Source: Octopus sinensis
Taxonomy: Eukaryota
Assembly (NCBI RefSeq): GCF_006345805.1
Contig: NC_042998.1
Span: 74,090,001 to 74,154,000 of the forward strand
DNA: 64,000 nucleotides
Reading direction: 5' to 3'
The position numbers were made by a program, and so were the translations under genes. This document shows, piece by piece, positions 12,614 through 26,525 of this stretch; the stretch's first letter is position 1; every line of letters begins with the position of its first letter. The notes under the pieces were generated by a model. That model was not told the origin of the DNA, did no database searches, and was given only the letters and a program-made list of their open reading frames with translations.

Positions 12614-12656
12614 CATTTCTGATGAAACTACAGGAGTAGTTGAAAGCGCTAATATG
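12614..12656 (+). ncRNA. Minimal type I hammerhead motif with canonical core
   Basis: CATTT [CTGATGA] AACTAC-AGGA-GTAGTT [GAAA] GCGC [TA] ATATG; 6-bp stem II, palindromic stem III, stem I 4 of 5 paired. Confidence 0.7.
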
Positions 12657-12727
12657 AAGTAATAATATATGATATGTAAATAAATATATATTTTTACAAC
12701 CATCCAGCATTCTGAACATCTTTTTTC

Positions 12728-12790
<63 letters not shown>

Positions 12791-12989
12791 TACGCGTACA
12801 TGCATATATATGCACACGCACACACATATATGTTTCGGCCTGCTAGCCTTCGACCGAAACTTCTAAGTGACTATCAACACCCTTCTTGTAAAGATATGAT
12901 TTAAATATGTATGCTACAATCAGTATTAAGAAACCCTTTAGTTCAGCGTAATATTGTTTTTACTGTAAATCGACGTAAAAACGAACATG

Positions 12990-13115
<126 letters not shown>

Positions 13116-13179
13116 GTATAACAAACAGAAGAAATAAACTCAATACAAATAAGAAGACAACCAGACATCATTGGCATTA

Positions 13180-13554
13180 TTATCTCCGCCTTCGCTAAGG
13201 CGGAGGTATTGTTTTCAGTCGTGTTTGTTTGTTTGTTTGTCCGTGGACAAGACATCTCAAGAACCGCAGGATGGATTCGGATGAAACTTTCAGGGATGTT
13301 TGGCCTCGTGACTGGCGCGAACTGATTAGATTTTGGGATCGATCCGGTACCGAACAAGGATTCTGGATTATTTTTCTTGTTTGTTTTTTTACTTAATTTT
13401 TGGGGGCGGTCGGGTTCATTTTTAGTATTCTCGTTTGTGAGAGCAGTCGAGTTTATTTCAGATATTCTCATTTTAAAAATCATCTCTGGCTAATCGTTGA
13501 GAGGACATTGGTGTTGCCTTGGCGGAGTTTTGCGCTCTCTGAGTGCTCTTGTTT
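13180..13554 (+). mobile_element. Helentron-associated non-autonomous element (HINE/DINE-like)
   Basis: 5' hairpin ctccgcctt-cgct-aaggcggag, internal (GTTT)n, 3' sub-terminal ggcggag followed by hairpin gcgctc-tct-gagtgc, T-rich ends. Confidence 0.75.
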
Positions 13555-14072
13555 ACTATAAAATATGGTCAGGGTGGGATGTATATGCGTGTATGTTGGT
13601 ATAGGTGTATATACATACAAGCATAAAAATACAAAAGTGTATATTTCAAAGAGGGTATGGTTATATCTGTGTGCTCTGATACATGTGTTTCAGAGCACAT
13701 GTGTGTTTGAGTGAGAGAGTGAGCGGGAGAGGAATAGAGGGTGAGAGAGAGATGCGTTTCACTACGCTACAGCAGGGATTTCTGTCCCCTATTAATTTTG
13801 ATAGAGTTTCCCTTTCATGAAGTGCATCCCTACTTATAACATCGATATATTTAGGTGGTCTTCAGCCTCTGTAAGGGCACAAGAGTGTTCAAAGTATAAC
13901 ATTAGCAATTCGGCAATGTTTTTCTTTTTTCATTCTTGTTTTTTAGGCGATATGGTAGAGTTTAAAATTTGGCTTTCATTTCTAGCACGTAGGGAGACTG
14001 CGTAAAAGTTTCGTCTTCGTTGTCTACTGTTCCCGTGGAAACAGCTATAACTCCCAGTACATCAGCAATTAA

Positions 14073-14292
14073 CCCTTTCATTACTAACCCGGCTGAAACC
14101 GGCTCTGGCTCTGAGTACAAATATCTTGTTTGCATAAGTTTTGAATTAAAATTTTCCATCAAACCTTAGTCACAATTTATGTTCCTAACACCAGCTTAAT
14201 GATAACTAAGTTATTTTACTAAATTCTTTGTTATATTTAAAGTAATTGACAGAAACATTGAGCATCTCAAAATAAATACAGTAACAAAAGGG
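14073..14292. mobile_element. piggyBac-type MITE (same family as 21072-21292, opposite orientation)
   Basis: TTAA then ccctttcattac...gtaacaaaaggg; body is the reverse complement of the 21-kb copy; right TTAA lost. Confidence 0.85.
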
Positions 14293-15967
14293 GCTTCTTA
14301 TTGGCTATAATTACATAATTTTAAATGCTTGTAACTTTTCTATTATTAATTTCTAGAGGGAAATTAATGTAGTTTTCGTTACCAGCACGTAAAACTACTA
14401 CAGGCTGGAAAATTTGAAACAAGGATCTGGTGAAAATTTGAAATATTTCAAGCGGCTGAATTTTAAAATAAGCAATGTTTTATGCAGTAATGTGAACGGT
14501 AAGCTAAATATCCTTACACACATTCACTCAAATTCGCTAGCGGAAGCACACCACACTGAAAGAAACAAGTTTTGAGAACTAGGTATACGACATCATTCTA
14601 CCTTGGCTTTATACTCCAATATCACAGAGATGAAGGAAATGATCATTTGACAAGCCTTTGATCTCTTGATTTAGCCTTAATTATATACATTCATCCTTAA
14701 GACTACTGTAACATGCATATCCATACCGAAGAGTCAATGAATTTCATATCATTATGTAAATCCAATATTCATTACATTTCTTTCTTTTGATGAAGATCCA
14801 AGCCAGTGACTTTCTGACATTATCTGTAAGCGACTCAACTTGCAAGTTCACGGCTTTACAACCTAAACTCACAAGGATCAAGAAATACCTGCTGCTTATT
14901 GGTGACGGGTTAAAACTTTAAACATCCGAGTTTTCAGCAAGATATTCTGAATTCAGCAATAAAATATCAGCAACCATTCAAAACGGCGTTAGTGACAGAG
15001 ACATTTTAAGGTAATAGCACACAGGGCGGTTACTCGGGGTCCTCACTGGTCTAGGGACCCAATTATGATCTATGTACATTGTGAAATACTATCAAAAAAT
15101 AAATACTAATAGGGCCAAGTGGTTATAATGCCGCTAAAATGGCACTGATTGGCGATATAGGGATATTAGCGTAGTAAATGAATTACGTAATACTTTCATA
15201 AAATATTTCCGGTATTTTCCATAACCATCGAAACGCGAAGCGCTCCTCACGACCGCAGGTTCATGAGATGGTTGTGATCTGTAAACAGTTCTGTGTCGGA
15301 ATCGAAAAGAGGAGTATCAGCACGCAATGTGCGTGTGCACACTGGATTCCTAAAACGGAAGAGAAGAATAAAAACACAATGCACATGTCAAAATAAAATG
15401 GAAGAGAAGAATAAAAATGCAATGTGCATGTCAAATTAGTTATATGATGGCCTGTATGTCACATTTAACACCAGCAATTTTCTTGTTTAATACTTTACTG
15501 AATATATATATATATATTCTTAAGTTCACCATTTCATCAATCGCAGCATATTCCAAGCTTCACTACTAATTCAGTTCTCAACTAAATTGCAAACTGTTGC
15601 CAGTTTTAAAGGGAACACCTCCTCAGCTACACTTTGGCATAAATAGTTTGAGATTTGGTTCGGGAGAAAAAAAGTTACATTAAAATACCTGCGATCTCAA
15701 GGGAGGGGGCAGTAAGGCACCTATTCATCTTCAATTAACATAAACTTTTTAATTTTAAAATAAAAGTATACCTTTCTTAGACTGAAATGATAGAAAAATG
15801 CGTGAGGAATTCAGAATCGTTAGTCGGATTGAACAAAAATTAGTAGTAGAAAAGTTATGGGGTAAAATGCCACGAAATTTTATGTCTGTTGGTAAAGAAG
15901 TAAGGAAGTAACGCTTAGCAATAAGAATAAAGAATATTTTGCTAAAATGAATACTTCCGTTCTAAGA

Positions 15968-16090
15968 TGGCGAGCTGGCAGAAACGTCGACGTGCTGGAC
16001 TAAATCCTTGTTGGTATTTCGCCTGTGCACACATTTTGAGTTCAAATTCCGCCGAGGTCGACTTTTCCTTTTATCCATTTCGATCTATTT
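15968..16090 (+). mobile_element. Partial SINE family A
   Basis: ggcgagctggcagaaacg...gagttcaaattccgccgaggtcgactt. Confidence 0.8.
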
Positions 16091-16530
16091 AATTTGACGT
16101 ACAAATTATTTGATTAATTCTTTTTTAACTAAACACTTTGAAACCTACGATACCGGTACGATATGTCACATACAACGGGGTTTACTCCTAACGTTTTTGA
16201 CAAAATTTTGTATTTTAGAAGTTACTTTATCACAAGCTACAGAGTGACAGTGGACTAATTCGTATTTGATAAGTGCCAATATGCAAAACCCTCAGCTTTT
16301 GACTTACTCTTTAACTTCTGCCGATGATATATATTATACATACATGTGTAAAAAAATATCATCACACAATCAAACCAATGAAAGAACCTCTACTTGGTTG
16401 CTCAACACACTAAAAACAGCAGCCAATGTATCTCCCTACCCAGTATTTTATAAGGTAGAATCTGTACTTTTCCAGGTTTATAATCTTAAGAATATTACTT
16501 TTCACGCTTACATTTTTCCATGCAATGTGT

Positions 16531-16581
<51 letters not shown>

Positions 16582-16596
16582 TGTGTGTGTGCGTGC

Positions 16597-16638
<42 letters not shown>

Positions 16639-17272
16639 TGTGTCTTTCAGAAAGGAGGTGGTTCTGAAAATGACAGTAACTGCAGTGAATTTGCCTTCAG
16701 ACGTTCTATAACTTATCATTGCTTGGCACTGATGCTGTTATTTTTACAAAGACCAAGCTGTCCACTAGAGCAACTCAGTCACTGTTGTTGGCTGTTGTTT
16801 TAGTTAAAGTTATTGTTTTGAATCTGCCCAGGATTATTTCTCTTCGGTATTTTCCATTGAGGAAGGTTACAGAGCCAGAAAAGCGCATCTGAGAAAGTGG
16901 ACAGACATAGTGTTTTTTTGCACCTTTTTCCAAAATAGAAATTTTTCTTCAAGATAACTGCAGTGAATTTTCCTTTAGAAGTTAAAATATATCACAAACG
17001 TATTTTAACTAATCTAAAGTTCGTCTGTAAGTCTAGTAAACGGCCACTATGCAGTTTAAGCTTTATGAGAGCATTTTCTGTTTGATTGTTGTATGTATAT
17101 GTTCCAGGGGAGGCCAGTGAGTCAGGATACACCACTGTATCCTGTATTGCATCTGGAGATGTATGTAGAGCATGATATTTACTGCATCTTTTATCTTCTA
17201 TCTTTCAGATGTTTCGGTCATTGGACTGTAACCATGCTGGGGCACCACACACACACACACACACACACACAC

Positions 17273-17332
<60 letters not shown>

Positions 17333-17441
17333 ATATATAGCGAGAGAGAGAGAGAGAGAGAGATTCAGATGAATATGGTACTTAAGTTGAGGCACCAGAA
17401 TTTAGTATGGTATTATCCATACAATTTCAAAATAAAGTTAT

Positions 17442-17864
17442 TAAAATCAAAATAAGCAACAAGGATATCCAGTGGTAATGCATTACAATTGTTTCATGCA
17501 ACTCCATTTAATTGAACAATACAGTCATTACATCAATTTAAATGCAGAGCAATCCTCAGCTGCATAATGACATAGAATTTAATTAAATTAAATCAGATAG
17601 ACACATTAGTAGAATTTTACCTAAAATCTCCAAGAAGGTAAGGAGATAGACAAAGAACATGCTGCCTTCATTTCAGCTTAGCTTCTTACCTTCTGGGAGA
17701 TTTTAGGTAAAATTATACTAATGTGTCCATCTGCTTTAATTTATGCAGCTGAGGATTGTTCTGCATTTAAATTGATGTAATGATTGCATTGTTCAATTAA
17801 ATGGAGTTGCTTGAAACGATTGTACTGCATTACTTCTGGATATCCTTGTTGCTTATTTTGATTT

Positions 17865-17866
<2 letters not shown>
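17442..17866. mobile_element. Fold-back element with arms of about 180-200 bp, each carrying a hammerhead motif (Penelope-like terminal repeats)
   Basis: 17442-17642 is the diverged reverse complement of 17685-17866; followed by (TA)n. Confidence 0.8.
17743..17830 (+). ncRNA. Type I hammerhead motif with long stem II (mirror copy on minus strand at 17478-17565)
   Basis: ATGCAG [CTGAGGA] 57-nt imperfect hairpin [GAAA] CGATTG [TA] CTGCAT; mirror arm has palindromic stem III ACAATTGT. Confidence 0.6.
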
Positions 17867-17927
<61 letters not shown>

Positions 17928-18261
17928 GGTGTCCATAAATTACAGACATCACTAAGTATATCCCCAATGGTTCTTATATTTTTTTGATAATATAATAGGT
18001 TAGATAGGATGATGTATATATTACAATATTACATAACCAATAATATATTGTGCATATGTAGTAATATTACGATCATTAGCTTATCTCACTCTTTCTCACG
18101 GAACCCCTAGGAACCTTTTTGTGGAACCCTAGGGTTCTGGGAAACCCCAATTGAGAAGCGCTGCCTTAGGCTATATCAATAATAAAATTACATATATATA
18201 TTTCAACTATTTTTGCTATAATTGATATGTCACAATATATGCATGTATATATATATATATG

Positions 18262-18303
<42 letters not shown>

Positions 18304-19286
18304 ATATATTATATATATATATATATATATGCATATGTGTGTGTGTTGTAAATAATGTTTATCCACAAACAGACCTTCCCTGTATTTTCATTATATCCAT
18401 GACAGTATTGCAAACTGTAGCCTTCCCCATATATCACCACTGCCAGCATTTCTGTTCTATCAAAATTAACTTCTATTCCAGAACCATCCAAATTTTTTTT
18501 CCCCCCTTTTTCTTCTCTCATCCATTGAAATAATCTCGCTTTTATTCCTGCATTTGCTATATTACTTGTTTTCCTTTTTGTTTTGTTTTGTTTATTTCAA
18601 ATATATTAGCTGGCATTTCCTTTGAAGGTAAACTTCACATATTATTGATATATGAGATAGCATTGGCTAAGTTGTAGTTGAAATGTGCAGAAATGGTTTG
18701 AAATTACACTGCTGCGAGGGAAAAACTCTAAAGAGTATTATTACTCTCTGGATCTTTGAACAAAACTGGTTTATACCATATCTCTCTTATTTCTGAACTT
18801 GATACTGCTAACTGATGTCTAAGACTTTTAATGTTAAACTTTTCAATTTTACAAATGGCAGCAGGATATGTAGAATATATATTATCGTAATAGTTAAGAA
18901 ACGGAATTCTAATAAAATATTGACACTACATCTACCTCTCTTGCTGATTTTCAGCCATTTTATGCCTCAAATGTGTCTTAATATCTCTCAGTCTAAAACT
19001 TATTATTGGTCAAACTTCTGCTTAATAGATTTCCAATTTTCTAGAATATTCAAACCTGCCTCAAACAATATTTTTCTATCGGCAAAATATCTTGTAAAGT
19101 CTCTTTCAGATGGTCAATTAAAATAGCTGACTCCTCACATATGCCATTTCTATGTGTTCTCACAGTAAAACATTCAACTAAGATCAACTGGTGTTAAAGG
19201 AAGTGCATTAAAAGAGTTTATAGTCAGAAATGGCATGGCAAATTCTAAAGATCTAGTTTCTGTGGCACACAACTTCTACTGCTAGT

Positions 19287-19502
<216 letters not shown>

Positions 19503-19504
<2 letters not shown>

Positions 19505-19968
19505 CTTCTCTACTATGGGTACAAGAGCCTGAAATTTGTGGGAAGTGGGGATAGTCAATCACATAGACTCAAGTACTTGACTGGTACATAATCTATCAAC
19601 CCTGAAAGGATGAACAGCAATGTTGACCTTAGCAGAATTTGAGCTCCGAGCACGAGGACAGACAAAATGCTGCAAAGCATTTTATCTGACATGTCAACGA
19701 TTCTGCCAGCTCACCACCTTAATAATAATAATAATAAATAATAATAATAATAATCTTCTCTACTATGGGTACAAGAGCCTGAAATTTGTGGGAAGTGGGG
19801 ATAGTCAATCACATAGACTCAAGTACTTGACTGGTACATAATCTATCAACCCTGAAAGGATGAACAGCAATGTTGACCTTAGCAGAATTTGAGCTCCGAG
19901 CACGAGGACAGACAAAATGCTGCAAAGCATTTTATCTGACATGTCAACGATTCTGCCAGCTCACCACC

Positions 19969-20027
<59 letters not shown>

Positions 20028-20655
20028 AATCCTTTCAATTATAGGCACAAGGCCCAAAGCTTTGAAGAAGGGAACTAGTTGATTACATTGACTCCTGAAT
20101 TTCATTGATACTTAATTTATCAGCCTCAAAAAGATGAAAGGCAAAGTCGGTCTCGGGGGAATTTGAACTCAGAATGTAGGAAAAGGCAAAATAGCGCTAA
20201 GCATTTCATCCAGCATGCTAATGACTCTGCTAGCTCGCCACTTTAACAATAATAATAATGATAATAATAATAATAATAACAACAACAATTCTTTTTACTG
20301 AAAGTACAAGGCCTCAAATTTGGGGTAAGGGATTAACTCGATTACATCAATCCCAGTGCATAACCGGTACTTATTTAATCAAACCCAAAATTGATGAAAG
20401 ACAAAGTCGACCTCGGTGGAATTTGAACTCAGAACATAGCAGCAGACAAAATACCACTGAGCATTTTATCCAGCATGCTAACAATTCTGCCAACTCGCCT
20501 AATAATAATAATGATTTCAAATTTTGGCACAAGGCCAGCAACTTCTGGAGACAGGGTAAGTCGACTATATCAACTCCAGTACTCAAGTGGTGCTTATTTT
20601 ATCAAACTCAAAAGGATGAAAGGCAAAGTTGACCTCAATGGAATTTGAACTCAGA
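19503..20655 (-). mobile_element. Cluster of five CpG-decayed SINE family A-related copies separated by (TAA)n
   Basis: Copies at about 19503-19720, 19753-19970 (identical to the first), 20030-20243, 20290-20500 and 20515-20655. Confidence 0.85.
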
Positions 20656-20721
20656 ATAACAATAATAATAGCATCTGAAGAGATTTCAAAGTGGAATAAA
20701 TTTGTTCATTTTCATATAGAG

Positions 20722-20949
20722 CAGTGGTTCTCAACCAGGATTCATATGGCCCTTGGAAAGTCCCTATTAGATTTTGTCGTTAAAATTTATGAGAAATTAA
20801 TTGGTTATATTTCAACAACAATACACCAAATATCTTAACAATATTTCATACAATTCTTAATAATTTTTAATTATAAAACCATGACATCGAATAGTTATGA
20901 GAACCCACCTGAGTAAAATAGGAAGCAAAAGAATGGTTGAGAGCCACCG
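20722..20949. mobile_element. hAT (Charlie/Buster-type) MITE
   Basis: TIR cagtggttctcaacca / tggttgagagccaccg; 8-bp TSD atatagag / atatagac. Confidence 0.8.
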
Positions 20950-21071
20950 ATATAGACAGACAAACAGAGAGATAGACAGATATGTCAGGCTGTCTGTCTA
21001 TCTATCTATCTAATTTAATTCCTTTCTCAATTAAACTACACTTCATATTCAAGGCTCTGATGAAACTTTAA

Positions 21072-21292
21072 CCCTTTCGTTACTGTATTTATTTTGAGAT
21101 GCTCTGTGTTTCTTTCAATTAATTTTAAATATAACAAAGAATTTAGTAAAATAACTTAGTTATTATTCAGCTAATGTTAGGAACATAAATTGTGACTAAT
21201 GTTTGGTGGAAGATTTTAATTCAAAACTTATGAAAACAAGACATTTGTACTCAGAGCCAGAGCCAGTTTCAGCCGGGTTGGTAACGAAAGGG
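21072..21292. mobile_element. piggyBac-type MITE, complete
   Basis: TTAA on both sides; TIR ccctttcgttac / gtaacgaaaggg. Confidence 0.92.
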
Positions 21293-22649
21293 TTAAGGTG
21301 TAACTCAAGCACTCAACTATGAGTTCACTGCATCTCAATGCAGAAACAGCTGTAAGCTAATGACGTTCATAAGATAATCATTTATTTCTTTGTCATCTTA
21401 TTTTCTACCTACCTATCTGTCTATCTATCTATCTATCTATCGATCTATCTATTTATCTATCTTAATATATATCATCATCATCATTATGATTATTTAACAT
21501 CTAGTTTCCATGCTGGTATAGATCAGATGGTTTAGCAGCAGCCTGCACAAGACTCTATTTTGGCAGGGTTTTTATGATTGGATGTCCTTCCCAACACCAA
21601 TCACCCAGTAGAGAAGAGTGGGTGCTTTTTATGTGGCACAAGCGTGTGTGTGTGTGTGTGTGTGTTTGTAAGTGAGTGAATATATATCAATATATATATA
21701 AGCTTTGAGCAGTGAGTGACAGGTATAGAGGACAAGAAGTGGACAGTGTACAATAAGGAATGGTAACAATGTGAACTATAAAACAGTAATTAGCAGGAAC
21801 CCTAATATTGCTGTTATGAGTGAGAGAATAAGGTCATGGAGACATTCTGGTCCTTACCTGTATATGCCCATAGAGAAAATTATTGAAAAACTCATTTAAT
21901 TTATATGATTCTGATGCTTCGGAGTAAATCTTGTAAGCCTTGAAATATTTTCAATCACTTTGATGTTTATTAGAGAAGATGCAAACAGTGTTACTGCAAA
22001 TCATTGGTTAGTCAAGCTAATATTGTAACTTCTATCTGGTCATGCAAATGCTACAAGTCTCCTTCAAATTATGCCCTTCAATCTCAAAAAAAGGAGATCA
22101 TATTAGATAAAGTAGTCCATGTTAAATGTTTTGCTTTTCATTTCCTATCTTTTACTTCTATTTTTTAGTGATTAGACTGTGTATGTTGGGGCACTGCCCT
22201 AAAGAATTTTTTGGTAAAAATGAATTGAAACCCAGTACGTGTTTTTTGGAAAATTTTTTTGTTAAGCCTGGTGCTTATTCTATCAGCTCTTTTTGCTGAA
22301 CCACTAATGTTATAGGGATGTCAATCCACCAACACCAGTTATCAAGCAGTGGTGAGGACAAACACAGACAAGCACACACACACACAGATACACACACGCA
22401 TGCACATGCACACATGCACACACACACACATCTATCCATAGAAACCATGTCAAAACAGACAATGGGAACCCAGACAGCTCTCCAGCTAACCAACTCCTGT
22501 CAAACCGACTAACCCATGTCAGCATGGAAAACAGATGTTAAACAATGACGATGACGATGACAATGATAATGATGATGATGATGATGAACATACACAAAAT
22601 ACACCTAAAATTACTTACAAAGCAAAGCAGCTGACCTCTCACAGAATCA

Positions 22650-23175
22650 TAGAGTGACTTTCTGAAATTATTGTCCTAGCTCTCAGAACGACATTGTGCA
22701 AAATACTAATGTCACCATCATTCAGCAAGTACCAGCTCAATCAAGACAACTCAGTTCACGTTGTAGCAGATGTCAACAATGCTGCAAATTATCCAAAATA
22801 GATTCTTAATTCACTTGTGCCCACTGCTGTCCCTCTTTATAATCTGCAACTGAATGCACTAGAACAAAATTTTTTTATGTTGCAAAATTTTTTTAAGTTG
22901 CAAAATTTCAATACAATAGAATTCTGGGTGCTCCATATGATGAAGCCAGCATTATGCCCATTTGTGGCAAGGAAGAAGATAATTGCTTTCTGCACATTCC
23001 CCACCTCATCTAATTAAATATGCTACTTCAGCTCAAGCACCTTCAGTTTCCAATAGCACTTCTGTTTTCTGCAAGGATCCACAAATCTCACAGAAAGTCT
23101 CCCATGGCTGCTGGATTTGAGCAGACAAGTTCATATTTCTTTCACGGTCAGCTCTATGTAGCATGCCCACATATT
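22650..23175 (+). pseudogene. Helitron RepHel PIF1-like helicase C-terminal fossil
   Basis: Broken frames give NDIVQNTN..ANYP..FLNSLVPTAVPLYNLQL and LKHLQFPIALLFSARIHKSH..FFHGQLYVAC, matching the Helitron motifs EFLNSL.P.G.PPH.L.L, FKRLQFP.RLAFAMTINKSQG and FSHGQLYVA. Confidence 0.85.
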
Positions 23176-24424
23176 AATGCAATCAGATATCTTTCCATCA
23201 GAGTACTAATCTGAGTAAGAAATGCTGTCTTCTCTCGATCTCTTGCTGATATAACACATTTCTATCAGAATTGCTTCTATGATATTTTATGTGTTACATA
23301 TCAATTTAGAAGTTCAAGAAAATATATAAAAATAGTATTTTCTCAAGTTGCACATTTCAAACTTTCAATTCAATAAAAACAGTCTCAAAAGATTCATACA
23401 TCATAAAATTTTTTTTAAATTGGAAATATTCAACTTCAGATATGTATCTGGATTATAATGTACATGTGCACATTAATTTCATGAGAAAACTGTTCTGTTG
23501 ATCAGATGAACTGGAACACTAGTTGTCATAACTGATGGAGTGCCTGTTATAGTTATACACATAAGAATCAGACCTGGCTGCAATTGTGTAACAAAAGTTT
23601 TCACAATCCATAAAATAAACTAAGATAGAGTTTAATTATATTTGTGTTTTACAATAGTGAAGATTGCTCTTCACAAGGTCATTACTCACTCTCTCTATAT
23701 ATATCTACTTATCTCTCTGCTTGTGCATGCTTATGTATGTATGCCATAGTTATCTTGTATAATATTATGTACCTTTTTATTATCAGGTCTTCTTGTTAAT
23801 GTTGCTTTTGTCTTATATGAGTTGTTCCAAGTCTCACACAGAGATCTCATGTAAAAAGCAAGTTAGATGCTTCACTGTAGTTGTTACTTATAATTACCAA
23901 TGATATGTTGCTGGAAAAGGCACTCAAATATTGGGAATTAAGATCTGTTAAAAGTTTGCTGTTATATATGTGAATTTCAGAGATATTAAAAGATTCAGAT
24001 TCTCTTAGAACATGGGCAGCACCAATGAGAACAATTTTTTTATAGTTCTGATACTTTTGGCTTCTAGAATTTGGCTATAGTGTTTAAGAGTGCTATTTGG
24101 CATTATCTCCAAAGTTCCAATGATCACATGTACAGTTGTCAATCTTTGACACCAAATTTTTTTAGACCTCTAATTCAAACACCTTATATTTACTTACCTT
24201 TTTAAGCATTTTCACAGGTCTGCTGTGATTGACACGTATATGAACAAACATGCTTTGTCAATGTGATTTTTCCCCACAATATTAGGTTTGTTGTCTAAAA
24301 TAATCTTTCAGTTTGTATACTAAAGTCCTAAAGAATGGTGATGCCTTTATTTTCTACTACTTTGGCAGACTTGTGTTCCTACCATTTTTTCCCCTTATGG
24401 GGTCCACACTGATGGCATATGATC

Positions 24425-24900
24425 CAGCAGAGGCAGCAGCAGTAATGAGAGTAGCAGGAGCAATGCTAGCAGTTGCAATAGTAGAGTCACCAGCAGCAGC
24501 AGTGATGAAAACAGCAGTGGCAGTAGTAGCACACTGGAGCAGCAGTGGTGGCAGTAACAGCACATGGGAGCAGCTGTGGTGGCAGTAGCAACACACAGGA
24601 GCAGCTGTGGTGGCAGTAGCACTGGCAGCAGGAGCAGCATTAGTAGAGGTAGTGGCAATGACAAGAGAAGTCACAGTGGGAGTAGCTGTGGTAGTAGTAG
24701 TAGTGGGGGAAGCTGCAACAGTGGAGGTGAGAGCAGCTGTGGAAGTGGCAGAAGTGGCTACAACAGAGGTGGTGGGAGCAGCTTTGGAAGTGGCAGAAGC
24801 ATCCACAACAGAGGTAGTGAGAGCAGTTGTGGCAGTGGCACAGGGGACAGCTGCATGGGTGTCACTTGGAGCAGCTGCATAGTGGTGGAAGTAGTAAACT
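24425..24900. repeat. Degenerate (GCA/GTA/GTG) trinucleotide low-complexity tract
   Basis: Period-3 G pattern with phase slips; yields Ala/Val- and Thr/Ala-rich ORFs on both strands. Confidence 0.8.
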
Positions 24901-26525
24901 GCATAAGGGCTGTTGTAGTGATGGATGTAGCATTGAGGGCTATAGTGTTGAAGGTAGTGGTATTGGTGGTTGAAGTATTGAGGACTGACCTCTTAAGGGC
25001 CATAGAGTTAATAGCTGTGGATTTGAGAACTGTAGCATTGAGAGTTGTAATAATTTATGTAATGGAACCAAATGCAGCTATAATATATTGATACTAGAGC
25101 TCTCAATGGGGCATTTTTCAGCCCATACAAACTTTCCCTTTGAAATACCAATTATTGCTCTGTCAGACAACTGTAATAATGAATATCTAGAACTTTCTAA
25201 TATTTACAGTCTTGATTTTATTTTAGCTCCAATGTTGAAGGGAAGAGGACTAAAGAGAAATTGAAATACCAATGTGTTCTATTAAAGTTTTGGGAAAGAT
25301 GCCAATGTCTTGATTAATGAAGATACTTTGAGAAAGCTAAATTAGAAAATTACATTTCCCTAACACACAAAATTACTTTGAACACATGAGATATATTATT
25401 TATTAAGTGAATCATAAAATAATATTATAGTCCGATTAGATGTATTGAACAATACTTTTATAGTTCCCCACTGTTTGAGCAAGCTACTGTATTAGACAAT
25501 TGTTTTAAGCTAGGCATGTAATTGTTGCTGGTCTAACATCACTGAAATCGAAGAAGCTATTTGTACTGGAAATGTAACACAGCAGGTTTTAATGGTGTTT
25601 TTTATTTATGAAACCTTAACCAATTCTTTTAAGTCGTGCATATGACAAACTGTGTTAATGTCACTTTTCCTGAAAGCTAGATGTCTTGCTGCTAATTAAA
25701 ATGTTACTACCCCAGTATCTTATAACAACACCTTATGGCATGATACAAAACTAGGGGTAAAAAGAAATATAAAGAATAAGTATTTTGAAGGAAAATCTAT
25801 AGAATAACATTCAGGTTTTGTTAGCCACCTTAACAAAGAATTTAATAAGATCTCACTGTTACATACTTTTCTCTGCAAATATTGTATATAACATATATTT
25901 AGGACTGTCTTAAGGGCAGTATTAAATACATTGAATCATCTTTGGACAAGGAAAGTTAAGAGAGATTTATTGAATTACAGAACAAGTCGCAAGTAATTAT
26001 AATGTAGTACAAGATTTATTGAATTACAAAACAAATCTCAGACCATTGTAATGTGGTATAAGTAATTACAATATGGTAAGCACTGCAGGCTTTAACCATC
26101 TTTCATACACAAGAACCCTCAGCCAATTCTATTAAGTCATTCTCAATCGGAAAAAAAAATTTTTGTTGTATAATAATAAAATATCTGACAGAATGGGCAA
26201 CATAAGGAAATCGTATGATTGTATTTCAAATGGTTTTACATTTAGTTTGGTTGTGAACAGTTTTTATAATGTCTCTGAATACCACTGTTTCACTACTCAC
26301 AGTAAACCATGGCATTATAATGTCAAAAACAGTTTCACTGCCCACGTTTCACCATTGTTTTATAATGTTCAGAATCCTCTACTGACACTCCACCAGATCT
26401 ACATTTCACGAAAACACATACATTCCTATATATTAGGTTGGTTAACTTGTATGGGTGTCATGGATATTAGAGTATTGCATGATATTGTGTGTGGTTGTGG
26501 GTGGAGTGGTATTAGCTGAGTTTAA

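Noticed and set aside
14788-14818. C/D snoRNA (TGATGA..CTGA)
   Set aside because: Boxes only about 20 nt apart, no terminal stem or recognisable guide
15180-15440. Promoter call (ttacgtaa, ttccgg, CpG cluster, short duplication of about 40 bp)
   Set aside because: Motifs are short and common and are flanked by transposon debris; needs TSS data
18745-19200. Minus-strand open stretch (QYFIRIPFLNYYD..) as an exon or hAT relic
   Set aside because: Similarity too faint and no firm splice sites; the same applies to 33060-33420 and 21850-22000
24313-25091. Mucin-like Thr/Ala and Gly/Ser-rich ORFs
   Set aside because: Degenerate triplet repeat open in several frames on both strands, with phase slips and no clear splice context
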